Counted from the stretch's first letter, positions 1 through 9,293 are shown. The stretch is 32,000 bases of DNA from a bacterium (GCA_037444445.1 JBBIMK010000019.1:1-32000), one strand, 5' to 3'. The notes: a model not told the origin generated them from the sequence alone. Translations and numbers: made by a program.

Positions 1-88
1 CCAACATTCTCAAGAATATGAGAATATTGGGTGTAATCATGAGATACCTCGGCCAAATCTCCCATTTTGTTAAAAAGTGGAGGATATT

Positions 89-997
89 CTACTTAGGGAA
101 GAATTCCTTCTCTTTTTTTATAGCTATCTCAAGGGTCTGAAAGTGTAATTCCACGAGAGTGGAAAGGGAGGGTGGATAGCCTCCACCCAACGTGGTAGCC
201 ACAGGAATCTTCCGCTGGAAACACTCTCCGATGACCAGTTCATCCCGCCTTCGCAATCCTTCTTTCGTCAAACGAAGCCCTCCCAACTGGTCCTGCTCAT
301 AAGGGTCCACCCCTGCCTGATAGAGAATCAATTCCGGCGTGATGCTTTGAAAAATAGTTTGTAATGCAGACTGAAGATGAGTCAGATATTCGCCATCGCT
401 CACGCCATTGATAAGTCCTACATCCAGGTCGCTATGCTCTTTGGGCATGGGGTAATTCCACTCCTGATGAATGGAGAAAGTGAAGATGGAGGGGTCGTTC
501 TGAAAGTAAAAGGCGGTGCCATTTCCCTGATGCAGGTCGCAGTCTATGACCACAGCCTGATGGAGACTCCCTTCTTTTTTCAATCGCCAGAGGGCATAGG
601 CTAAATCGTTCACATAGCAGAACCCCTCGGCGTGGTCAGGGTAAGCGTGGTGAAATCCTCCGCCGATGTGAAAGCATCTGCCTTCCTCAAGCGCCCATTT
701 CCCTGCCAGATAGGTGCCATAAGCCGAGATTAACTGGCTTTCAATAATGTCCTTTTTCACCGGTAACTCTGAAAGGAAGGTCCGAGAAGTATGCCGGGCT
801 TTCAGCAGGTCCTCCAGATACTCATCCGAGAAAAAACCCTCAAAGTCAACAGGTGGAGGCAAGGTGGGCTCTATCACATCCTCCAGGCGGAACAGCCCTT
901 CTTCCAGTCCTTTCCGATAGAGGCCCTCAAATTTTTCGGTAGCGAACACATGCTCTCCAACATCCACGCCATATTTAGGGGAGTAGATAACTTTCAC
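89..997 (-). CDS. Histone deacetylase / acetoin-utilisation family Zn-dependent deacetylase
   Basis: 302 aa. Characteristic HDAC-family core 'CFHIGGGFHHAYPDHAEGFCYVNDLAYA' and 'VVIDCDLHQGNGT'. Apparent GTG start at 997. Confidence 0.85.
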   Translation of the reverse strand: MKVIYSPKYGVDVGEHVFATEKFEGLYRKGLEEGLFRLEDVIEPTLPPPVDFEGFFSDEYLEDLLKARHTSRTFLSELPVKKDIIESQLISAYGTYLAGKWALEEGRCFHIGGGFHHAYPDHAEGFCYVNDLAYALWRLKKEGSLHQAVVIDCDLHQGNGTAFYFQNDPSIFTFSIHQEWNYPMPKEHSDLDVGLINGVSDGEYLTHLQSALQTIFQSITPELILYQAGVDPYEQDQLGGLRLTKEGLRRRDELVIGECFQRKIPVATTLGGGYPPSLSTLVELHFQTLEIAIKKEKEFFPK

Positions 998-1093
998 ATC
1001 CTTATCCTACCATACCCAATTTGTTTTCCTCCAAATCATCCATTTTAATGGATTTCTGCCTGGTTGGAGTGAAGGAAAATTGGGAGACGAAGG

Positions 1094-2200
1094 CTATTTT
1101 TGTTTTTTCAAGGCGTCTTTGTAGCGTTGCAGGGACTTCTGGAGGGCGGTGTTACCGGGGGATAAAGCGAGGGCTTTCTCCTCGGTTTCTACAGCCTTTT
1201 GAAATTCGCCGTTGTGGAAATAACATTCGGCGAGGGTATCCAGGATGGCAGAATCCTGAGGGGATAGGGAGGCGGCTTTTTTCGCCAGTTCCAGTGCTTT
1301 CAGGAGTTCAAAGTCGTGGAGGCACATATACCAGGCAGCGGCGTTGAGCACCTGCGGGTCGTTGGGTGTAACTTCCGTGAGGATGAGGAGAGTTTGGAAA
1401 GCGCGTTTCATCTCCACTTCAGCGGCCTGGATTTTCCCCCGCTTTTTCCACTGGCTGGCGGTTTCCAGACGGGCACCGATGCCGAAGGTATTGTTCCAGA
1501 GGTTGTATAATCTTCTTAACTCTGCAATGGGATTGGAGTGGTCATCCACGCGGAGGTCAATGAATCGGTCGTTATATCCGGCATATCCGCCGTGTTCTCT
1601 GACGACGAGGAGGGCGGCAGACTGTTTCCCCCGTTTATCGCCGCCGGCTTGCTGACCCGCTTCCAGTGCGGAAAGGAGTTTCTCCGCCAGCCCGCCCTCT
1701 GTTTTCTCGTATGCGGTCGCCATGGCTTGAATCACTTCTTCCCCGGTTAAGATATTTCCTTGCACCGCATAGTGTTTCCCGGTTCTCCCACCCGCCCAGG
1801 CTATCGCACCCTTGCCGGTGTAGGTGACAGCATTACCCCGGGCGTCCACAATTCCCACCTGCCGCTGGTCCTTTTCTTTGTCCTTCTTCGTCAGGAGGGT
1901 AACCACTTCTCTGGGGGTGTGCCCCCGGGAGAGAAGGTCTAATCCCCGGGGTCCGTAGGTAGTATTGCCGAAGGCCTGGGTAGCGATGGCGCCCACATTG
2001 GCTCTGGCATAGGGAACCACGGAGCCAACGGCGAGGAAGCGAGATGCCACCGCCACGCCCAGGTCACCGGTGAGAGGGTCATAGCCCACGATGGAAAATG
2101 TGGAGAGCGGTAGGACGGTTTCAGGCTCTTCGCCAGAAATTCCCACGACACTCAGGAGAAGAAATAATGGAAGAAGCATTTTGAATCCACGCATAACCAT
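1094..2200 (-). CDS. Secreted DUF1028 (Ntn-hydrolase-like) protein with C-terminal TPR repeats
   Basis: N-terminal signal peptide 'MLLPLFLLLSVVGISG'. 'FSIVGYDPLTGDLGVAVASRFLAVGSVVPYARANVGAIATQA' matches the DUF1028 N-terminus. C-terminal ~120 aa is TPR-like ('AECYFHNGEFQKAVETEEKALALSP'). Start set at ATG 2200, 6 nt after GGAGAGG; the track start at 2203 is a GTG one codon upstream. Confidence 0.75.
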   Translation of the reverse strand: MVMRGFKMLLPLFLLLSVVGISGEEPETVLPLSTFSIVGYDPLTGDLGVAVASRFLAVGSVVPYARANVGAIATQAFGNTTYGPRGLDLLSRGHTPREVVTLLTKKDKEKDQRQVGIVDARGNAVTYTGKGAIAWAGGRTGKHYAVQGNILTGEEVIQAMATAYEKTEGGLAEKLLSALEAGQQAGGDKRGKQSAALLVVREHGGYAGYNDRFIDLRVDDHSNPIAELRRLYNLWNNTFGIGARLETASQWKKRGKIQAAEVEMKRAFQTLLILTEVTPNDPQVLNAAAWYMCLHDFELLKALELAKKAASLSPQDSAILDTLAECYFHNGEFQKAVETEEKALALSPGNTALQKSLQRYKDALKKQK

Positions 2201-2588
2201 CACCTGCCTCTCCAGAGTAGTTCAGGTTGAGGTTAGGGCGCTCTGGAAGTATAGCCGGGCTGGTCTTCCAGAAACGGGCTTCGCGTCCGGCTCAGCCCAT
2301 TATACATGCATCTTTGCTTACAGCGAGGAGCGTGACTGCACCACTTTCGCAGGAGCAAGCGGCGTTTGTGATGAAGTGAGGTGCCTATCTCTTTATAGGT
2401 TTTCATCGTGGTAACCAGCCAGCCAGTCCACGAGCAATCATGACTTTTTTTCTCTAACAGTCCCATCTTTGATTCCCCCTTCTACATAGGATTGTAACAC
2501 GAAAATCCTGGATTTTAATAAGGGGTGAACTGGAAGAACAGCCGACCCCTCCTCCACACCAGCCCTTCAGTTGACCCTTTGCATACGG

Positions 2589-4025
2589 TTAAAGGCCTTT
2601 CAGAGAGAAGAAAAGGCTGAAGCCGGCAAAACGGGGAGAGAGACGGGTGTGAATGACAAGCCCGCGATAATGATAAGCCAATTCGTAGACATCACGATAA
2701 AGATTTTTTCGGTTCCAATCATATTCCAGTTCCAGGGAGAGGTTCAGATTTTTGAAGAGGGGATGATGGAAAGAGGCAAAAACTGTATCGCGTTCCCGGG
2801 TGAGAAGGTGGAAGAAAGGCACATCACCCCGACGCTCTGCTGTTAAGTAGCCCAGAGAGAAATCGCCTTTTGAAAGTTTTTGATGAAAGTTGAGGCGAGA
2901 AATCCAGCGAACCCGATGACCGGTCGTAAAATCATCCCATTCCCGGGAAGAGACAACGGAAATGGAGGAGCGTTTGTATGTTAGCACTCGTTTGCTCCCG
3001 AATACCTGAAGATACTGAAATCTCAACTGGGGCAAGTGAGCGGAGGTGGAAACATTCCGTTCCTCTGCGCTCACCCAGCCTATGTGGATGTCCCACTGCT
3101 GGGAGGCATAGCGAGAGGAGGATCGAATGGAAAAAGAAGGCTGGTAGAGAACCTCCACTCCTCTGCCGAATTCATTGATTCGGAAATCCTTTCCATAGGT
3201 GAGACGAATGCGAGTTTCTTCCTGTATTCGCCCGAAGGAATGATGATATTCTCGGTGGAAGGAAAAGGAGGAAAGGTGCCCAATTTTCTGGGCATAAATC
3301 TGGGCGGAAGTGAGGGAAAGAGAGTTGATAGGAAACTCCCAGAGAAAGCCTGCCATTGCCCCGGCATCCCGATGATAACTTAAATAGGGAAGCATTTCCA
3401 TTCCGGCAGCCCTTTCGTCAGTGGGGATGTGAAGGGTATATCCGGGCAGGTAAAACACCTTTTGCCCAAAGAGGTAGACCTGAACTTTTTTCAGAGATAG
3501 GTACCGGCTCGGTCCCTGCTGATAAAGGCGTGCCGAGCGGACAAACATCCGGCTCCCTGCCTTTTTGACCGGCGAAAAATTAGAGAGTTCTGCTTCATCC
3601 AGTATCAAATCCCGTTGTTTCATTTTCCCTTTCTTGCCCGAAAAAAAGAGGGAAAACTCCGGGTTAACCTGATAAGAGCCGGAGGCGGAAGAAAACTCCC
3701 CCTCTTCTTTCGGTATAGAGAAGGATAACTGCCTTGCGTGAAGAGTGAAGTTGGTAGCGGTAAAGGTGAAATCACCGGGGATTTCCACCTCCCCTTCTTT
3801 TTCTTTATAAGTGAGGGAATCTGTTTTCAGGATGCCAGCAGAGAAAGTGAGGGACACCTGTCCTGTGGCAGTGGTTTTTTCTGTCCCTTCGTAGACGATG
3901 TCATCCGCTTGAAGAAGGATTTCATCCGCCTCTGAGGGGTGAGGAGTGAGGAGCAACAGTGTCAGGAGGAGGAAGAAAAAGTTAAGGGGTTTCAATGGGG
4001 GTGTGGAGGCGTTCAGCCAGGGCAA
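2589..4025 (-). CDS. LptD/OstA-N-like outer-membrane protein (putative)
   Basis: Hydrophobic signal-like N-terminus 'FFFLLLTLLLLTPHPSEA'. Followed by 'ADEILLQADDIVYEGTEKTTATGQVSLTFSAGILKTDSLTY', which resembles the OstA/LptD N-terminal jellyroll. The rest is beta-rich with aromatic alternation. Start is uncertain: it overlaps the folD 3' end by 44 nt, and a TTG at 3995 is an alternative. Confidence 0.45.
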   Translation of the reverse strand: MPWLNASTPPLKPLNFFFLLLTLLLLTPHPSEADEILLQADDIVYEGTEKTTATGQVSLTFSAGILKTDSLTYKEKEGEVEIPGDFTFTATNFTLHARQLSFSIPKEEGEFSSASGSYQVNPEFSLFFSGKKGKMKQRDLILDEAELSNFSPVKKAGSRMFVRSARLYQQGPSRYLSLKKVQVYLFGQKVFYLPGYTLHIPTDERAAGMEMLPYLSYHRDAGAMAGFLWEFPINSLSLTSAQIYAQKIGHLSSFSFHREYHHSFGRIQEETRIRLTYGKDFRINEFGRGVEVLYQPSFSIRSSSRYASQQWDIHIGWVSAEERNVSTSAHLPQLRFQYLQVFGSKRVLTYKRSSISVVSSREWDDFTTGHRVRWISRLNFHQKLSKGDFSLGYLTAERRGDVPFFHLLTRERDTVFASFHHPLFKNLNLSLELEYDWNRKNLYRDVYELAYHYRGLVIHTRLSPRFAGFSLFFSLKGL

Positions 4026-4830
4026 CGATATTCTCTAAGATGAGGATAGAGGTGACGGGGCCAACGCCTCCGGGCACGGGGGAAATGAAGGAGGTGAGGG
4101 GGCTCACGGAAGGGAAGTCTACATCGCCCACGAGTTGCCCCTGAACATAATTGGTGCCTACATCCACGACGACGGCGCCTGGCTTGACCATTTCGCCAGT
4201 CACCAGCCCTGCCTTACCTGCGGCGGCCACGAGAATGTCAGCACGAATGCAATGATGTGCCAGATTGGCAGTTTTGGTGTGGCACAGGGTTACGGTGGCA
4301 TCCCGATGGAGGAAAAGAAGAGCCAGGGGACGGCCCACCACGAGGCTTCTGCCGATAACCACCGCTTCCTTACCCCGAATTTCTATCCCACTTTCATCCA
4401 GGATGCGGAGGACGGCGGCAGGCGTTGCAGGCACCACGCAAGGCTTGCCAGCGAACAACCGCCCCAGATTCCCGGGGTGTAAACCATCGGCATCCTTCTC
4501 CCGGGGAATCCGACTGAAAATCGCTTCCTCCTCCACCTGGAAGGGCAGTGGTCGTTCCACCATCACCGCATCATATTCCGGAGATGACGAGACACGGGAG
4601 AGGGTTTCCAGAAATATCTCCCGGTCCATAGAAGCCATATCCAGAAGGTGGAGGGAGATGCCGAGGCGTTCAGCCCGTTTGGCTTTGCTTTTCACATAAC
4701 TGATGACTTCTGGAATGGAGGAGGAGTAAAACACGGCCGCAGACGGGGGCGCCGCCAAACTCCTTAAACGCTCTTTGAGACCGGATTCTATCCGAGATGC
4801 TATCTCCTTACCATCTATGACATGGGTCAT
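3982..4830 (-). CDS. folD: Bifunctional methylenetetrahydrofolate dehydrogenase / methenyl-THF cyclohydrolase
   Basis: 282 aa. 'IDGKEIASRI' N-terminus, 'VERPLP', 'KDADGLHPGNLGRL', 'VVIGRSLVVGRPLA', 'PVPGGVGPVT' are the canonical FolD blocks. Confidence 0.9.
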   Translation of the reverse strand: MTHVIDGKEIASRIESGLKERLRSLAAPPSAAVFYSSSIPEVISYVKSKAKRAERLGISLHLLDMASMDREIFLETLSRVSSSPEYDAVMVERPLPFQVEEEAIFSRIPREKDADGLHPGNLGRLFAGKPCVVPATPAAVLRILDESGIEIRGKEAVVIGRSLVVGRPLALLFLHRDATVTLCHTKTANLAHHCIRADILVAAAGKAGLVTGEMVKPGAVVVDVGTNYVQGQLVGDVDFPSVSPLTSFISPVPGGVGPVTSILILENIVALAERLHTPIETP

Positions 4831-4843
4831 GAGAAATTCATCT

Positions 4844-7015
4844 TCAGGAGGCAGCGAGTCGGGAGGGGGGTGCCAGATGACCGGTTTTCACCAACCTCTC
4901 AAATGCCTCCACCACCTGGGGGTCAAACTGTATGCCCTCGGCTTCCCGAATCCGGCGCACAGCCTCCTGCAGAGGGAGGGCGGGGCGATACTTCCGCTCC
5001 GTCGTCATCGCATCAAAAGCATCTGCCAGCGCCATGATTCGGGCAATCAATGGGATTTCTTCCCCTCTCAAACCATCGGGATACCCGCCACCTGCATACC
5101 ATTCGTGATGAGAGCGAATGGCACTCCGAACGGGCTGTAAAAATTTAATCGGACTACAGATAATATCCCCCTGAACCGCGTGCTTTTTGATTTCGGTAAA
5201 CTCTTCTTCTGTCAAACGGCCGGGCTTTAACAGCACAGATTCCCGAACGCCAATTTTTCCTACATCATGGAGGATTCCGGCAATATTCAATAACTCCAGA
5301 AGTTGGGAGGAAATCCCCATTTCCCTGGCAATCAGGGTGGTATAGCGAGCCACCCGCTCGGAATGACCACGAGTGTAAGGGTCCTTCGCTTCAATGGCTT
5401 CGGCAAGAGCGCGGACTGTTTCTAAGTAACTGTCCCGGAGTTCATAATATAGTTTGGCATTTTTCAAGGCTATGACGGCATGATGGGCAATGGACTGGAG
5501 GAGAGATTGGTCTCGCTCGTCAAAGGGGGTGCCATCTATTTTATCGCTCACATTGATGACCCCAATTATTTCATCGTCCACTTCCAGCGGGACGATGATG
5601 GCCGAGCGGGTCAGATATTGGGGATTTGCCAGCCGCTGAAATAGAGGGTCGGATTGCACATCCCGTATCAAAAGAGGCTTTTTGTTCTGGAACACCCATC
5701 CGGCAATCCCTTCTCCAGGGTGGAGTTTCGCCTCTCGGGCCGCCTCCGGGCTCATCCCGGCACTGGCTTTCACCTTCAGGTAGCCATCGTCATCCAACAG
5801 CATCACGGACCCCCGCCGAGTCTTCAATCCATCCGTCACCGCCAGGATGATGGAATTCAAAGTCTTCTGCAGGTCTAAAGTTGAAGAGACCAGTTGAGAA
5901 GTTTGATGCAGGATGGACACTTCGGTAATCCGTCTGTGGAAACTCTCCGTAGTGTATAGGTTTTCCATAGACAGAGCCACCTGGCGGATAAAAGTGGTAA
6001 TAACCTGGAGATGGCCAGGCAGGAAGGAGCGATTGCTTTCAGGGTTGTCCATATAAACGACGCCGAAGACTTTTCTCATAGAACAGCGGATGAAATCTGC
6101 CTCGTAGATTTTGGAAAAGCCTACATGAACAAGGGTGCGCTCGGGCAAGAACTGGAGGGCGCAGCACCGTGGAGTTCCACAAACCTCGGGTGTTCGGCAC
6201 GGAATCTCGGCGGTCAGGTCCACCGGTATGGCGATGCCCTCCTTCGTCGGGTGAACAATGGACTCAAAAATCCCTTCGGGGGGCAACTCCGAGCCTTGCA
6301 CACATTTCCCTTCCGGGTTCAGTACAGCAGTGGAGAGCAGGCGTCCCTCCTGCAAAGGAATATGGAGTGAAGAGAACAGACCCGCAGAAAACCCCCGGCA
6401 AGCCACCGGAAGAAGTTCCTTCAAATCACTGGAGAAACGGAAGAAAAAGAGTCGCTCCGCGGAAGTCAGACGGGTGAAATGAAGAAGGGATACCTCCGCC
6501 AGTGCTTCCACAGATTGAACTGTGGTGAGGCTACCCACAAACTTTCCATAAGTCCGCATCTGTTGGAGAGATGCATCCAGTTGTGCCTGCATTTCCTGGA
6601 GGAGGCCGTAAGGGTATTCCTCGGCAGGAGCGGTGGGAAGAACGGGTGAGGGAGGCAACAGGTCCAGAATTTGAAAGAAACTGGGCAGGTCAAAGGGCTT
6701 CACCAAATAGGCATCGGCCCCCGTATCCATCTCCGATAGCCGCCTTTTCTCTTCCTCATTTTGAACAATCAGCACCACAGGAATGGCTTTCCACTGGAGG
6801 TTGTTTTTCAGGAGGCGGGCGAAGGAGCCCCCTTCCAGCCTCGGAAGTTGATGCTCAAGGATTAATGCAGAGCATCCCTTCTCCCGGAGAAGTCGGTAAG
6901 CCTCCAACACATCCGTGGCGCGCGCAAACTCATAACCCTTTAAGGATACCGCCTGCTCCAGGAACTGGGCAAAGGTATCATCGGGTGTAGTAAAGATTAG
7001 TCGCCGAGTTTCCAT
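4844..7015 (-). CDS. Response-regulator-like REC - GAF - HD-GYP protein (putative c-di-GMP phosphodiesterase)
   Basis: Start moved to ATG 7015 ('METRRLIFTTPDD...'), because the track's 121-aa N-terminal extension overlaps the yqeG-like gene. REC-like block ends at 'YLVKPFD'. GAF block 'GSVMLLDDDGYLKV...GEGIAGWV...IIVPL..IIGVINV'. HD-GYP signature 'ILHDVGKIGV' and 'HHEWYAGGGYPDGL'. Confidence 0.85.
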   Translation of the reverse strand: METRRLIFTTPDDTFAQFLEQAVSLKGYEFARATDVLEAYRLLREKGCSALILEHQLPRLEGGSFARLLKNNLQWKAIPVVLIVQNEEEKRRLSEMDTGADAYLVKPFDLPSFFQILDLLPPSPVLPTAPAEEYPYGLLQEMQAQLDASLQQMRTYGKFVGSLTTVQSVEALAEVSLLHFTRLTSAERLFFFRFSSDLKELLPVACRGFSAGLFSSLHIPLQEGRLLSTAVLNPEGKCVQGSELPPEGIFESIVHPTKEGIAIPVDLTAEIPCRTPEVCGTPRCCALQFLPERTLVHVGFSKIYEADFIRCSMRKVFGVVYMDNPESNRSFLPGHLQVITTFIRQVALSMENLYTTESFHRRITEVSILHQTSQLVSSTLDLQKTLNSIILAVTDGLKTRRGSVMLLDDDGYLKVKASAGMSPEAAREAKLHPGEGIAGWVFQNKKPLLIRDVQSDPLFQRLANPQYLTRSAIIVPLEVDDEIIGVINVSDKIDGTPFDERDQSLLQSIAHHAVIALKNAKLYYELRDSYLETVRALAEAIEAKDPYTRGHSERVARYTTLIAREMGISSQLLELLNIAGILHDVGKIGVRESVLLKPGRLTEEEFTEIKKHAVQGDIICSPIKFLQPVRSAIRSHHEWYAGGGYPDGLRGEEIPLIARIMALADAFDAMTTERKYRPALPLQEAVRRIREAEGIQFDPQVVEAFERLVKTGHLAPPSRLAAS

Positions 7016-7497
7016 AACCGTGTCAGCCAACCTTCCAGCCGGCGGGCGAACCATCGGGTAATAAAAAACTCCCGGGGTGAAATCGGCCGCACCCAGGCTG
7101 TCCGAACTTTCACCAGCTTCCCCAGTAGGATGTCCGTCAGTAACTGGTCCCCGACGAAAATGACTTTCTCTCGGGGCAAGCGGAGCAGACGCAAGGCTTT
7201 CCAGGTGGCGAAGGGAACGGGCTTTAATGCCAAACGAACCGCTGGCACTCCTAATTTTTCTGCCAGGTCCCTCAAACGAGCCCAGGGTGAGTTGGAAATA
7301 AGAACCATTTTCACGCCTTCTGCCTGGGTTCTTCTCACCCAGTTTTCTACCTCTTTGCTGAAAGAATTCCCGCCCCACGGCAGTAGGGTATTATCCAGGT
7401 CCACCAGCAACCCTTCCACCTTCTGCTCCCTCAGCAGAACAGGCGTAATCTCCGACACACTATTCAGCACAAAATCTGGCTTCAAAAAATCCAGCAT
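6997..7497 (-). CDS. YqeG-family HAD-IIIA phosphatase
   Basis: 166 aa. 'GLLVDLDNTLLPW' (HAD motif I), 'VLISNS', 'VIFVGDQLLTDILLG' (motif IV). Size and order are typical of YqeG-type phosphatases. Confidence 0.8.
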   Translation of the reverse strand: MLDFLKPDFVLNSVSEITPVLLREQKVEGLLVDLDNTLLPWGGNSFSKEVENWVRRTQAEGVKMVLISNSPWARLRDLAEKLGVPAVRLALKPVPFATWKALRLLRLPREKVIFVGDQLLTDILLGKLVKVRTAWVRPISPREFFITRWFARRLEGWLTRLWKLGD

Positions 7498-7568
7498 CCC
7501 ATCTTCCTTTACTTTAATTATACCCCAAAACCACTCTCCTATAGCTTCCCCCGTAGATGGATTTGAAG

Positions 7569-8537
7569 TTAATGCCTGCCTCCGAAATTCTTTTTATACT
7601 GAAGGTGCTGGGCATAAGAGGAGGAGAAAGTGTGGGAGCCGTTGCCCGTGAGGACGAAATAAAGATAAGAAGTGTTAGCTGGATAGAAAGCAGCCCACAG
7701 AGAACTGGCTCCCGGATTCCCGATGGCTCCCGGAGGTAAGCCGTAATACCGGTAGGTGTTATAAGGGCTGTCCACCTGTAGGTCCTCGTAAGACAGAGCC
7801 GACCACTTGTTCAGGGCGAAAGCCACGGTGGCATCAATCTCCAACTTCATTCCCCTTTTCAGACGATTGTAGATAACGGAAGCCACCAGAGGACGTTCTT
7901 CCTGTTTCTGCACTTCCCTTTCTATCAGTGAGGCGATAATCACGATTTCCAGGATGGAGCGATGAAGTTGCTTTGCCCTCTGCTCCGCATCCGGGGGCAG
8001 ATGCTTCAGAAACTCTCTCAGCAGGGTTCCGATAACCTCTTCCGCCGGTAGTCCGGGAGCAAAGGAATAGGTGTCCGGGAAGAGGAATCCCTCCAGAGTG
8101 TTTCCTGCGTAAGGGAACCAGGGAAACCGAGAGGGCTCTACCACTGCTTTCAGGAAGGCTTTTCTGGATGTGATTTGCTGGCTTTCCAGTAAGGTGGCCA
8201 TCTCCTCTGCCGTCATTCCCTCGGTGAAGGTGATACGAACCAATTCCTCTTTGGCTCCGGAAAGGAGTTTTTGAAACACTTCCACCAGGGATTCTCTCCC
8301 GTGGAGCATATACCGGCCAGCCAGCAGACGATTTTCTCGCCTCGTGAGTTTCAGGATGCCCGCCAGAACTGTGGGATTCAGCACAACCCTTTGCTCATTC
8401 AAGCGATGGACGATGTCCGTGGCAGATTCACCTCGGTGTATCGTAAATTCTGATGAGGGGCGGGGAAATGGAAAGAGGGAAAAGAGGACCGCCAGAACGA
8501 ATAACCCCACCAAAACCAGGGTTTCATCCTTTCCCAT
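7569..8537 (-). CDS. mltG: Endolytic murein transglycosylase MltG (YceG family)
   Basis: N-terminal TM anchor, 'IIASLIEREV', 'VIYNRL..GM.L..DATV', 'SPYNTYRYYGLPPGAIGNPG' are hallmark YceG/MltG motifs. Confidence 0.9.
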   Translation of the reverse strand: MGKDETLVLVGLFVLAVLFSLFPFPRPSSEFTIHRGESATDIVHRLNEQRVVLNPTVLAGILKLTRRENRLLAGRYMLHGRESLVEVFQKLLSGAKEELVRITFTEGMTAEEMATLLESQQITSRKAFLKAVVEPSRFPWFPYAGNTLEGFLFPDTYSFAPGLPAEEVIGTLLREFLKHLPPDAEQRAKQLHRSILEIVIIASLIEREVQKQEERPLVASVIYNRLKRGMKLEIDATVAFALNKWSALSYEDLQVDSPYNTYRYYGLPPGAIGNPGASSLWAAFYPANTSYLYFVLTGNGSHTFSSSYAQHLQYKKNFGGRH

Positions 8538-8727
8538 CGGAATTTATCCCCTTCTTCCAGTCATCCGCACAGGGGTGAAGAAGCCCGCCTCCCCCAAAAA
8601 TTCTCACGCACTGCCCACCCCGCTGAAATATAACGAGGCTTTCTTTCAACCCCTATGTATGAAACTACTACCAGCGGAAATCCATTCACTTCAGACATCT
8701 TGAGGCTGGCCACTTACGCGGGTTTGC

Positions 8728-9267
8728 TCAAGTGGCAGAGATGAGACCATAGTTCCCGTCGTTCCGACAGTACAGCACGCTGACCTGAAGGTCTTCCGAG
8801 TTTATAAAAACGAAGAAAGAATGCCCCAGAAGTTCCATCTGGAGGATGGCTTCGTCCGGGCTCATAGGCTTGAGTTCCACCAATTTTCTTCGCACGATGC
8901 GAGGAGAACCGGGAATGGAAGGCCCCGGTGTGGCAGTTTCGGCGCGGGCAACTACCCGTGGCTCGCCCGGCTTTCGGGGTTTATCTTCCTTCAGCGTTTT
9001 ATACCGCTTCACCTGCCGCTCCAGTTTCTCCATCAAGACATCAATCACCTGAAATGCCCCATCCCCGATTTCTTCTGCGCGGATGATGTTGCCGGGAACT
9101 TTTAAAGTAACCTGGGCCCGGAATCCTGCCTTCTCATCCGATAATTCCACATCCGCACTCAGGATTCGCTGGTAGAATCGCCCGAGTTTTTGCACCTTCT
9201 TCCCTACATACTCTCGGATTTCCGCAGGAATATCGCCATTTTTTCTCTGTATACTCACCTGCATCAT
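8728..9267 (-). CDS. hpf: Ribosome hibernation-promoting factor, long form
   Basis: 'IPAEIREYVGKKVQKLGRFYQRI..ADVEL' (S30AE/sigma-54 modulation domain). C-terminal dimerisation domain 'VRRKLVELKPMSPDEAILQMELLGHSFFVFIN'. Start set at ATG 9267, 5 nt after GGGGGTG; the track start at 9273 is a GTG. Confidence 0.9.
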   Translation of the reverse strand: MMQVSIQRKNGDIPAEIREYVGKKVQKLGRFYQRILSADVELSDEKAGFRAQVTLKVPGNIIRAEEIGDGAFQVIDVLMEKLERQVKRYKTLKEDKPRKPGEPRVVARAETATPGPSIPGSPRIVRRKLVELKPMSPDEAILQMELLGHSFFVFINSEDLQVSVLYCRNDGNYGLISAT

Positions 9268-9293
9268 TATCACCCCCTGTCGGGCATATTCTT

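Noticed and set aside
2233-2466. 77-aa ORF in the 2204-2588 spacer
   Set aside because: The Cys/Trp/Arg/His-rich composition is typical of random ORFs in GC-moderate DNA, and there is no RBS.
7016-7378. 121-aa N-terminal extension of the HD-GYP regulator ORF in the six-frame track (track ORF 4844-7378)
   Set aside because: The extension overlaps most of the well-supported YqeG-type phosphatase gene in another frame and is Arg/Gly/Ser-rich. The REC domain begins right after the internal ATG at 7015.
8709-8737. 7-bp inverted repeat 'gccactt...aagtggc' at the hpf 3' end
   Set aside because: It straddles the hpf stop codon, has a 14-nt loop and no U-tract, so it is not a convincing terminator.
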